The position numbers were made by a program, and so were the translations under genes. From contig NZ_LN885086.1 of NCBI RefSeq assembly GCF_001458695.1, forward strand, positions 2,490,001 to 2,522,000: DNA of 32,000 nucleotides. The letters run 5' to 3'. How positions within the stretch are numbered: the first letter of the stretch is position 1; each line of letters opens with the position of its first letter. The stretch is from Candidatus Nitrospira inopinata (lineage in GTDB: Bacteria > Nitrospirota > Nitrospiria > Nitrospirales > Nitrospiraceae). Positions 1 through 7,263 of the stretch are shown in pieces. Below the pieces are notes generated by a model that worked only from the letters and a program-made list of their open reading frames with translations, searched no databases and was not told where the DNA came from.

Positions 1-1
1 T

Positions 2-631
2 ACACTGACCCCTTCCGACGTGGCCGGGATTCTTGCGGTCGTGCCGCAGGAACAGCCTCCGCTCTTTCCGTTCTCGGTCGCGGAGACCGTGTTGATGGGG
101 CGATTCCCCCATCGGAAGAGGGGATGGTGGAACATGGGAGTGGGGGCGGAGACAGAAGCGGATCTTGTCGCCGTCCATCAGGCCATGGTGGAGACCGACG
201 TGCTGGCATTGGCTGATCGGCTGCTCTCTGACCTTTCCGGCGGAGAGCGGCAGCGAGTCTTGATCGCCAGGGCCTTGGCCCAGGAACCGGACATTCTGTT
301 GCTTGATGAACCGACCGCCTTTCTTGACCTGAGCCATCAAATCGACATGTGTTCGCTGGTACAGCGGCTGGCCAGGGAACGGCATCTTACGGTGGGGCTG
401 GTCACGCATGACCTCAATGTGGCAAGCCTGCTTTGCGACCGGGTTGTGATGATGAGAGAGGGGACCGTTCGGGCGATCGGAACGCCGGCGGAGATCCTTC
501 GGCAGGACATCCTGCACGATGTCTATGGGTGCGACGTGATGATCGATCGGCATCCGCAGACAGGGAGGCCGCGCGTCACCCTGCCGATACAGGCTCCACA
601 AGATGAGCATCGCATAAGAGCCGGCACATGA
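2..631 (+). CDS. ABC importer ATP-binding subunit, FepC/FecE/BtuD-like (5' end outside window)
   Basis: The frame is open from nt 2, with no stop before the track's GTG at 20, so the N-terminus including Walker A is off-window. Visible motifs are the ABC signature LSGGERQRV, Walker B ILLLDEPTAFLD and H-loop VTHDL. The family assignment rests on motif context typical of iron-siderophore/B12-type importers. Confidence 0.85.
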   Translation, partial: TLTPSDVAGILAVVPQEQPPLFPFSVAETVLMGRFPHRKRGWWNMGVGAETEADLVAVHQAMVETDVLALADRLLSDLSGGERQRVLIARALAQEPDILLLDEPTAFLDLSHQIDMCSLVQRLARERHLTVGLVTHDLNVASLLCDRVVMMREGTVRAIGTPAEILRQDILHDVYGCDVMIDRHPQTGRPRVTLPIQAPQDEHRIRAGT

Positions 632-1398
632 AAGTGGGAACGATCGCGCTCCTGCACCTCGACATCGTTCCCGGCGCCGTCGCTCGTAATCAGGCGATGG
701 TGGCGGAGGCCGTGACCAGGGCGGCTTCATCCGGCGCCAGGTGGATCGTGACGCCCGAACTGGTGTCATGCGGCCTTCAGTTTCCTCAGCTCCTGGGCAC
801 TGACTGGATCAGGCCACAGCCGGACGTTTGGATGACACGGTTTTGCCGACTGGTTCGGAAATTGGGCGTCACGGTCTTTTTCGCTGCTCCGGAACGGGAG
901 GGGAACCGGCTCTATAATTCAGTGTTTGTGATCGGTCCCCGCGGTGACATCCTGGGCAAACATCAAAAGATCAATACCAAGAGCGATTCGCTGTCCTGGT
1001 CCAGCCCGGGGGACAGGGCACAACCGGTTCGATGTGATGGCATCACCGTCGGACTCTTGGTGTGCGCCGATGCTTTTACACCTGGTATCGCCGGGTCGTT
1101 GAAACGAAGCGGCGCGCAATTGCTCATCTCGCCCTCGTCGTGGGGACCGGGGCTTCATGGACCCAATGGCGAATGGGAGGATCGTTCAAGAGAAACCGGA
1201 GTGCCGCTGATCGTCTGTAACCGAACCGGGACGGACCGCACACTGGATTTTCGGAAAGCCCAGAGTCTGGTGGTGAAAAACGGAGAACGACTGCTGACCC
1301 ATTCATCGGAACGATCGGCCGTTCTGACGCTCGATTGGGATTTCAGCGCCATGGCTCCGATGACAGCCGCTTTTCAGATGATGCCGTTGTCCAACTGA
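628..1398 (+). CDS. carbon-nitrogen hydrolase (nitrilase superfamily) amidohydrolase
   Basis: Contexts for the Glu-Lys-Cys catalytic triad are present: IVTPELV, GKHQKIN, LLVCADAF. The start ATG 628 overlaps the upstream TGA (ATGA, 628-631), implying translational coupling to the ABC ATPase. Confidence 0.8.
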   Translation: MKVGTIALLHLDIVPGAVARNQAMVAEAVTRAASSGARWIVTPELVSCGLQFPQLLGTDWIRPQPDVWMTRFCRLVRKLGVTVFFAAPEREGNRLYNSVFVIGPRGDILGKHQKINTKSDSLSWSSPGDRAQPVRCDGITVGLLVCADAFTPGIAGSLKRSGAQLLISPSSWGPGLHGPNGEWEDRSRETGVPLIVCNRTGTDRTLDFRKAQSLVVKNGERLLTHSSERSAVLTLDWDFSAMAPMTAAFQMMPLSN

Positions 1399-1500
1399 GG
1401 TGAAGCCGAAGGCCGGTGGGAAGGGTTCCATCCCCTCTTCCCGTCGGATCGTTGCAAAGGGATGTCGTCTCGTTTTCGGAAAGGGGAGTCGAACTGATCA

Positions 1501-1649
1501 TCCGTCAGCGCCGGGGAAGATGGTGCAAAGCCATCACGGTGCCGCCACTGTAAGCGGGGAGCGACGCTGCACGATGCCACTGTGCGGGTTCACGCATGGG
1601 AAGGCGCAGGGGAGCGACGAGCCGCGAGTCAGGAGACCCGTCTGACGGA
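1501..1649 (+). promoter_or_regulatory. cobalamin (AdoCbl-type) riboswitch aptamer
   Basis: A perfect 8-bp closing helix pairs tccgtcag (1501-1508) with ctgacgga (1642-1649). Conserved core strings are present: ggggaag..ggtgcaaagcc (1513-1532), gccactgt (1544-1551, repeated at 1576-1583), gggaaggcg (1598-1606) and the B12 box agtcaggagacccgtc (1627-1642). It lies directly 5' of a TonB-dependent receptor gene. Confidence 0.85.
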
Positions 1650-1656
1650 CCAACTC

Positions 1657-1688
1657 AACCCTCTTCGAGCCAAAGGGAGGTTGCCATG
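1657..1688 (+). promoter_or_regulatory. putative expression platform: anti-SD/SD helix plus btuB start codon
   Basis: aaccctctt (1657-1665) can pair with aagggaggtt (1673-1682), with one mismatch and two G-U pairs. That helix would occlude the SD AAGGGAGG located 5 nt upstream of ATG 1686. Confidence 0.4.
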
Positions 1689-3728
1689 ATTCGTGTCCGT
1701 CCGTGCGTGTGGCGCGGTGTTCTCAGTGCATTGTTTGTCACGTCCGTCTCTGTTTCTTCGGCCCATGCTCAGGATCTGGCGATGGCGAGTCGGTCGGAGC
1801 CTCTGGAAGCTCCCGCTGTCGTCGTGAGCGCGACGAAAACGGAAGTTCCGGCCAGGCAAGTCACCAGCGCCGTCGAGGTGATCAGCGGCGAGGAATTGGA
1901 ACAAAAGGGCATCAAAACCGTCATCGACGGATTGCGCCTGGCGCAGGGCGTCTTCGCCACGTCGAGCGGCGGCCCCGGCACCGAGGCCACGGTCAAAATG
2001 AGAGGGGCATTCGCGAGGCATACCTTGGTGCTGATCGACGGGGTGATCGTCAACAGTCCCACGACCGGAGCCTATGACTTCTCCAGCTTGACGGTGGACA
2101 ATATCGATCGGATCGAGATTCTACGCGGCGCGCAAGGCATGTTGTACGGCTCGGACGCCATCGGCGGCGTGATCAACATCTATACGAAGAAAGGAATCGG
2201 TAAGCCGAACATCGGCGCCTTCTTCGAGTATGGCTCGTTTGCGACCTTTCGAGAAGGTGGACACCTGTCCGGAGCGAAGGGGCCCTTTGATTTTTCCCTG
2301 TCCGTCTCACGGTGGGACACCAGCAGTTTTTCAGCCATCAACTATCGGAGGGGCGCGTTCGAAAACGATGGGTTCCACAATACCCAGGTGTCGGCCAAGA
2401 TCGGCACGGAGTTACCGACGGATGGCCGCCTCGAGTTCAACATGCGCTGGTATGATTCGCGGCTCAGTTTCGACGGATTTGCGGACAGCGGTGCCCCGGC
2501 CGATGTCTTCGGTGCGCGGTCAACGAACCGGAATCTGATCCTCAACGGCACCTGGCGCCAGCCGATTACGTCATGGTGGACCAGTCTGTTGACCTTGTCA
2601 CAATCCAATCAACGATTAAAGAGTGAGAGCGGCAACGCCGGCTTCAATCTCAACACCAGACAGTTCATCACGGCCAGCCCGACGTCGTGCTTCCCGAATT
2701 TTGATGCCTGCTTTACTCCCTTTGCAAGCGATCTTGAAATTTTAAATCGCCGACTGGAATGGCAGAACGACTTCCGGATCGGTGAGTGGGTGCTCCTCAC
2801 CGCCGGCTATCAATTGCGCAGGGATGAAGGCGATTCCCCCGGTTTCTATGGGGCGACGGAACCGGCTCGGATTATCTCGTCCAACGCCGGATTCGCCCAG
2901 GCGCAGGTCAACCTGTGGGATCGATTGTTTTTCACGGCCGGCGGGCGGCATGACAGTTACAACCGGTTTGAAGACGCGACCACCTATCGTGTGACCGGCG
3001 GCTACCATCTGAAAGAAACCGGCACCAGGTTTCGAGGGAGCTACGGCACCGGCTTCAAGGCGCCGACGTTGAATGATCTGTTCTTCCGGGGATTTGGCAA
3101 TCCTGATCTGAAACCGGAGAAAAGCCTCGGTTTGGACGCGGCGGTGGAGCAGAGTCTCTTCAATGATCGGCTGCACGTGAGCGCGGGGTATTTTTGGAAT
3201 CGGTTTCAGAACTTGATTCAATTCGCCTCGGGCGGTCCTCTCTGCCCGCCTGGGTCATTCGGATTCTGTCCGATCAACATCGCCGATGCGAAGACACAGG
3301 GATGGGAGTTTTCGTTTCGCCTCGCCCTCTTCAAGGGGTTAGAGGTGCGAGGGCAATATACCTATACCCTGACCCGTGCGTTCGACAGCCCCACGCTGGG
3401 ACTGGGAGGCGATAAGCGACTCCCCCGATGGCCGGTCGATCAGGGGACGGTCGGATTCTCCTATTCGCCGATCGAGGCCTTGCGACTTGATATCGACTAT
3501 CGGTTTGTGGGCAATCGCCATGACAATCTGCGTAATACCCCTGCTCGGGCCCTTGGCACGTTTAACGTGGTCAATCTGGCGGCTTCCTACAACGTGACGA
3601 AAAACTGGCAGGCCTACGTGCGGGTCGATAACCTCTTTAACGAAACGTATGAGGAAATTTTCCCGTTTGGGACGCCGATCCGTTCCATTTACGGCGGCGT
3701 GCGGATGAATTATGACCTGCCGCTATAA
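1686..3728 (+). CDS. btuB: TonB-dependent outer-membrane cobalamin/corrinoid receptor
   Basis: I chose ATG 1686 as the start. It has an SD upstream and yields the signal peptide MIRVRPCVWRGVLSALFVTSVSVSSAHA. The track start at 1596 would lie inside the riboswitch. Supporting motifs are the TonB-box-like AVVVSAT and the plug motifs IEILRGAQGMLYGSDAIGGVINIYTKKG, followed by a long beta-barrel region. The riboswitch context supports B12 specificity. Confidence 0.85.
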   Translation: MIRVRPCVWRGVLSALFVTSVSVSSAHAQDLAMASRSEPLEAPAVVVSATKTEVPARQVTSAVEVISGEELEQKGIKTVIDGLRLAQGVFATSSGGPGTEATVKMRGAFARHTLVLIDGVIVNSPTTGAYDFSSLTVDNIDRIEILRGAQGMLYGSDAIGGVINIYTKKGIGKPNIGAFFEYGSFATFREGGHLSGAKGPFDFSLSVSRWDTSSFSAINYRRGAFENDGFHNTQVSAKIGTELPTDGRLEFNMRWYDSRLSFDGFADSGAPADVFGARSTNRNLILNGTWRQPITSWWTSLLTLSQSNQRLKSESGNAGFNLNTRQFITASPTSCFPNFDACFTPFASDLEILNRRLEWQNDFRIGEWVLLTAGYQLRRDEGDSPGFYGATEPARIISSNAGFAQAQVNLWDRLFFTAGGRHDSYNRFEDATTYRVTGGYHLKETGTRFRGSYGTGFKAPTLNDLFFRGFGNPDLKPEKSLGLDAAVEQSLFNDRLHVSAGYFWNRFQNLIQFASGGPLCPPGSFGFCPINIADAKTQGWEFSFRLALFKGLEVRGQYTYTLTRAFDSPTLGLGGDKRLPRWPVDQGTVGFSYSPIEALRLDIDYRFVGNRHDNLRNTPARALGTFNVVNLAASYNVTKNWQAYVRVDNLFNETYEEIFPFGTPIRSIYGGVRMNYDLPL

Positions 3729-3785
3729 ATCACATGGCGGCATATGACACAAGACCGGTGAAGGCGGTCGGTCGATCATTGATGA

Positions 3786-3810
3786 TGAGTCAGTGACGGT
3801 GAGTCAGTGA
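3786..3810. repeat. exact 11-nt direct repeat tgagtcagtga x2 (3786-3796, 3800-3810)
   Basis: Read directly from the sequence. It lies in the btuB-CWC intergenic region, immediately 5' of and overlapping a GC hairpin. Confidence 0.6.
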
Positions 3811-3828
3811 GAGGCTGCCCGGCCTCTC
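3809..3828 (+). terminator. GC-rich hairpin (7-bp stem gagaggc/gcctctc, 6-nt loop); weak attenuator/terminator or processing site
   Basis: The stem is read directly from the sequence. No clean U-tract follows (gccgttgtgtgg), so this is not a canonical intrinsic terminator. Confidence 0.2.
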
Positions 3829-3834
3829 GCCGTT

Positions 3835-4077
3835 GTGTGGGATGAAACTGCAAGGATCTCTGTTGGAGATGAGGGCGTGAGGGGACCGATACAAAAAACC
3901 TGTGAGCACTGTGGCGAACCATTTCAATGCCAGGGCTATCGTTGTTGGTGCGAATCCGTTTGCATCACCGACTCCCAGATGGATTGGATCGCGGCCCGCT
4001 ATCAGGATTGTCTCTGTCCTTCCTGTCTCGATCAGGTGGCGCAGGAGACCATCACTCGGCAGCCTGATCCAGCTTGA
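3835..4077 (+). CDS. cysteine-rich CWC-family small protein (function unknown)
   Basis: The pattern CEHCGEPFQCQGYRCWC ... RYQDCLCPSCL matches my recollection of the Cys_rich_CWC family layout (C-x2-C-x4-C-x4-C-W-C ... C-x-C-x2-C). The start is uncertain: GTG 3835 or GTG 3877. Confidence 0.65.
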   Translation: MWDETARISVGDEGVRGPIQKTCEHCGEPFQCQGYRCWCESVCITDSQMDWIAARYQDCLCPSCLDQVAQETITRQPDPA

Positions 4078-4102
4078 TCATCGGCGAAAGAAAGGAAACA
4101 CG

Positions 4103-4714
4103 ATGCGGATCACCAAGGTCTATACAAAAACCGGCGACAAGGGGAAGACCAGACTGGCCGGTGGCCAGGAGGTGTGGAAGGACAGTCTCAGGGTTGAGGC
4201 CTATGGGACGATCGATGAGCTGAACGCAACGATTGGCGTGGTCCGCGCCCTGAATACCGAGGTGTCGGACAATCCTCCCGCCGATAATCCTTCCGCCAAG
4301 GAACGGCTGGAAGAGGAGCTGCGCTGGGTTCAGAACAAACTGTTCGATATCGGGAGCCTCTTGGCCACCGCGCCCGGTCAGACCTTCAAACACATGCCGC
4401 AGGTGACGGAACGGGATGTCGAGCGGCTCGAAAAGCTGATTGACCGATGTCAGGAGGACTTGGCACCGTTGAAAGAGTTTATCTTGCCTGGTGGCGGCAA
4501 GGTGTCCGCCTTTCTCCATCAGGCCAGAACCGTCTGCCGCCGAGCCGAACGGGTTTGTGTGGCTCTGTCGAAGGCCGAACCGGTTGATCCAGTCATTGTC
4601 ACGTTCGTGAACCGGTTGAGCGATACCCTGTTCGTCCTGGCTCGTTGGGTCTCCAAGATGCAGGGAGAGCCGGAATTCCTGTGGGAGCGCCATGGGAGTG
4701 GCCAAGAGGGGTAA
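4103..4714 (+). CDS. pduO: PduO-type ATP:cob(I)alamin adenosyltransferase
   Basis: Start ATG 4103 follows AAAGGAAA. The N-terminus MRITKVYTKTGDKGKTRLAGG...RVEAYGTIDELNATIGV is the hallmark PduO/MMAB N-terminal motif. The track ORF start at 3902 overlaps the CWC gene in another frame and was rejected. Confidence 0.85.
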   Translation: MRITKVYTKTGDKGKTRLAGGQEVWKDSLRVEAYGTIDELNATIGVVRALNTEVSDNPPADNPSAKERLEEELRWVQNKLFDIGSLLATAPGQTFKHMPQVTERDVERLEKLIDRCQEDLAPLKEFILPGGGKVSAFLHQARTVCRRAERVCVALSKAEPVDPVIVTFVNRLSDTLFVLARWVSKMQGEPEFLWERHGSGQEG

Positions 4715-5252
4715 ACGTCCATCGGCAAGGGCCGCAACAGGTCGCCTGATCCTAGTGCTGGGAGGCGCCTCGTCTGGCAAGAGCGAGGTGGCGCTCCGGC
4801 TGGCTGGGGATCGAGGCCCCCATGCCTTTCTCGCCACTGGCCAGGCGCTCGATGAAGAAATGGCTGAACGGATTGCTCGCCATCGGGCCTCTCGGTCAGC
4901 GGACTGGCACACCGTGGAGATCCTAAGGGACATTGAAGGCTGGCTTGCCACAGAAGGGCCGCACTATCACACGATTCTGCTCGATTGTCTCACGCTCTGG
5001 TTGAACAATCTTGTGATGGCCGGTGAAAAGGAATCTGGAATCCTCGATCGAACCGGCGCGCTTCTTCGGGCCATGAGGCGCACAAACGCCCGGATCGTAA
5101 TGGTGAGCAATGAGCTGGGGCTGGGCCTGGTGCCGGCGGACCGGTCGTCGCGGGCATTTCGCGACCTGGCCGGGCGTGTCAATCAACAGATCGCCGCCGA
5201 GGCTGATGAGGTCTATCTGGTGATCAGTGGGCTTCCGCTCAAATTGAAATAG
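4692..5252 (+). CDS. cobU: adenosylcobinamide kinase / adenosylcobinamide-phosphate guanylyltransferase
   Basis: The P-loop LVLGGASSGKS lies near the N-terminus, and size and layout are typical of CobU/CobP. It overlaps the pduO 3' end by 23 nt. An alternative start is GTG 4698. Confidence 0.85.
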   Translation: MGVAKRGKRPSARAATGRLILVLGGASSGKSEVALRLAGDRGPHAFLATGQALDEEMAERIARHRASRSADWHTVEILRDIEGWLATEGPHYHTILLDCLTLWLNNLVMAGEKESGILDRTGALLRAMRRTNARIVMVSNELGLGLVPADRSSRAFRDLAGRVNQQIAAEADEVYLVISGLPLKLK

Positions 5253-5277
5253 AACCGGCTGGAAAAGGGAGCTAATA

Positions 5278-6339
5278 GTGTCGATTCAGGACTTCTGTTG
5301 CCACATTCAACCGATCGACGGGGAATTGCTCAAGCTGGCGCAACGGCGGCTCGATCGGTTGACCAAGCCGCCTGGTAGTTTAGGGCGACTGGAAGAACTG
5401 GCTGCCTCCTATGTGGCGATAACCGGCACGCTCAAGCCCCAGGTTCCGCGGGGGGTGGTATTCACCCTGGCGGCGGATCACGGTGTGACAGTCGAGGGAG
5501 TCAGTGCCTATCCTAAGGAGGTGACGCCCCAGATGGTACGCAATTTCTTAGGGGGCGGCGCGGCTGTCAATGTGTTGGCCCGCCATGTCGGGGTTGAGGT
5601 GCGGGTCGTGGACATTGGAGTGGACCACGAGTGGGGGGCCATGCCAGGTCTCCTGAATCGAATGATCATGAAGGGGACTCGAAACTTCGTGTGTGAACCG
5701 GCCATGACGCGAGAGCAGGCGGAGCGAGCGGTCCTGACCGGCATCGAGTTGGCGATGGATGCGGGACGCGAAGGGATCGGATTGATCGGAGTCGGCGAGA
5801 TGGGAATCGGTAACACGACCCCCAGCGCCGCGATCACCGCCGTCATGACGGGAAAGCCGGTTGAGCAAGTGACGGGCCATGGAACAGGCCTTGACGAGGC
5901 CGGTCGCGCGCGCAAGGTAGCCGTGATCCAACGGGCACTTGATCTTCATCGACCTGACCGAACGGACCCGCTCGATGTGTTGGCGAAGGTTGGTGGTTTG
6001 GAAATCGGTGGTTTGGCCGGCATCATCCTGGGAGCTTCGTCAGTTCGCGTGCCGGTGGTCCTCGATGGATTTATCACCGGTGCCGCGGCCTTGATCGCCG
6101 TGGCGCTGGCGCCTGCTTGTCGAGACTATCTGATCGCTTCTCATCAATCCGTTGAGCGTGGCCATCGGGTGATTCTTGAACATCTTGGCCTTCAGCCCTT
6201 GCTCGACCTTCACCTTCGGTTAGGTGAAGGAACCGGGGCCTGTTTGGGGATGGGGCTCGTCGGCGCGGCGATCAAGATCTATACGGAGATGGCCACGTTT
6301 GATGAGGCTGGGGTTTCCGACCGGTCGTCTGCGGGGTGA
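5278..6339 (+). CDS. cobT: nicotinate-nucleotide--dimethylbenzimidazole phosphoribosyltransferase
   Basis: The GTG start has the SD AAGGGAG 7 nt upstream. Motifs KPPGSLGRLEEL and GEMGIGNTT are characteristic of CobT. Confidence 0.9.
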   Translation: MSIQDFCCHIQPIDGELLKLAQRRLDRLTKPPGSLGRLEELAASYVAITGTLKPQVPRGVVFTLAADHGVTVEGVSAYPKEVTPQMVRNFLGGGAAVNVLARHVGVEVRVVDIGVDHEWGAMPGLLNRMIMKGTRNFVCEPAMTREQAERAVLTGIELAMDAGREGIGLIGVGEMGIGNTTPSAAITAVMTGKPVEQVTGHGTGLDEAGRARKVAVIQRALDLHRPDRTDPLDVLAKVGGLEIGGLAGIILGASSVRVPVVLDGFITGAAALIAVALAPACRDYLIASHQSVERGHRVILEHLGLQPLLDLHLRLGEGTGACLGMGLVGAAIKIYTEMATFDEAGVSDRSSAG

Positions 6340-6475
6340 CGTGGGGGTGCATCCGCTGAATCTTTTTTGAGGAGCCGGTCCGGCCAGGGCGAGGGCAAAG
6401 GGTAAAGGAATGACGGTTTGGGGCTGGACGCTCATCGCCACAGGGGAGGTCATCGTCACCCGACCGTCCTCCGCC

Positions 6476-6498
6476 GGTGACCGGCCTGGTGACCGGCC
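6476..6498. repeat. tandem direct repeat ggtgaccggcc-t-ggtgaccggcc abutting the cobS ATG
   Basis: Exact copies lie at 6476-6486 and 6488-6498, and ATG 6499 follows immediately. Confidence 0.6.
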
Positions 6499-7263
6499 AT
6501 GGAGCAGGTGAACCGCTCGTTTCTCCTTGCGTGGCATTTTCTCACGGCCATTCCGTTGAGCCGGACCCACCATGAGCCGACCGCCCAGGAATTGGCCTCG
6601 TCGATGGCATGGTATCCCGTCGTCGGGTTCATCATCGGTGGCGGGCTGGTCGGGGTGGATCTGCTTCTGAGCCAGGTCTGTGAGCCGCCGGTTGTCAACG
6701 CCATGGTGCTGGTGGGACTCGTTCTGCTGACACGTGGGCTCCATCAGGATGGCTTGGCGGACACGGTGGATGGATTGATCGGGGGGCATGACCGGGAAGC
6801 ACGGCTGCGGATCATGAAAGATCCGGCGATTGGGGCAATGGGCGCGACAGCCCTATGTCTGTCGCTGATCGTCCGCTATGCGGGACTCATGGCCTTACCC
6901 CAGGAGTTGGGGGCTGCCGCCCTTGTGACCATGCCGGCGGTTGGGCGGTGGTCGATGGTGCTGCTCGTGCGCCTGTCTCCTCCAGCCAGACCCGAAGGAA
7001 GCGTGGCAGCTCCCTTTCTCACCTATGTGTCGTGGGGGCATGTGGCGACGGCAACCGCTGTCTTGCTGATCGGATTGGGTATCGGTCTTGGCGGAGTCGG
7101 TGCCTGTGCGGCGGTTGTAGGGGGAACGGCGGTGGTGCTTGTGGTTCGTCAGTGGTTCCGTCACATGATCGGCGGCGTGACAGGCGATACCTTGGGAGCA
7201 ACCAACGAACTGGTCGAGATTCTGTTTCTCCTGTTCGTCCCCCTGTTGCTTCGTCTGTCATGA
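6499..7263 (+). CDS. cobS: adenosylcobinamide-GDP ribazoletransferase (cobalamin synthase)
   Basis: It is a polytopic membrane protein. Motifs FLTAIPL and HQDGLADTVDGL are typical of CobS. Confidence 0.85.
   Translation: MEQVNRSFLLAWHFLTAIPLSRTHHEPTAQELASSMAWYPVVGFIIGGGLVGVDLLLSQVCEPPVVNAMVLVGLVLLTRGLHQDGLADTVDGLIGGHDREARLRIMKDPAIGAMGATALCLSLIVRYAGLMALPQELGAAALVTMPAVGRWSMVLLVRLSPPARPEGSVAAPFLTYVSWGHVATATAVLLIGLGIGLGGVGACAAVVGGTAVVLVVRQWFRHMIGGVTGDTLGATNELVEILFLLFVPLLLRLS

Noticed and set aside
1400-1685. Track ORFs 1400-1645 (81 aa) and the 1596-1685 N-terminal extension of btuB
   Set aside because: They lie over the cobalamin riboswitch. The extension lacks a signal peptide, whereas ATG 1686 has an SD and yields a proper signal peptide.
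3902-4102. A 67-aa N-terminal extension of the pduO ORF
   Set aside because: It overlaps the CWC gene in another frame. The conserved PduO N-terminus begins exactly at ATG 4103, which has an SD.
4052-4951. A 299-aa minus-strand ORF
   Set aside because: It is antisense to pduO and cobU, both of which have hallmark motifs. It has no recognisable domain.
6220-6789. A 189-aa minus-strand ORF covering the cobT-cobS gap
   Set aside because: Most of it is antisense to cobT and cobS coding sequence, and the translation is not protein-like. The gap is treated as a possible regulatory spacer in the findings.
6855-7259. A 135-aa N-terminal extension of the cbiB ORF
   Set aside because: It is an alternative frame within cobS. 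The CbiB signature starts at ATG 7260, which forms an ATGA overlap with the cobS stop.
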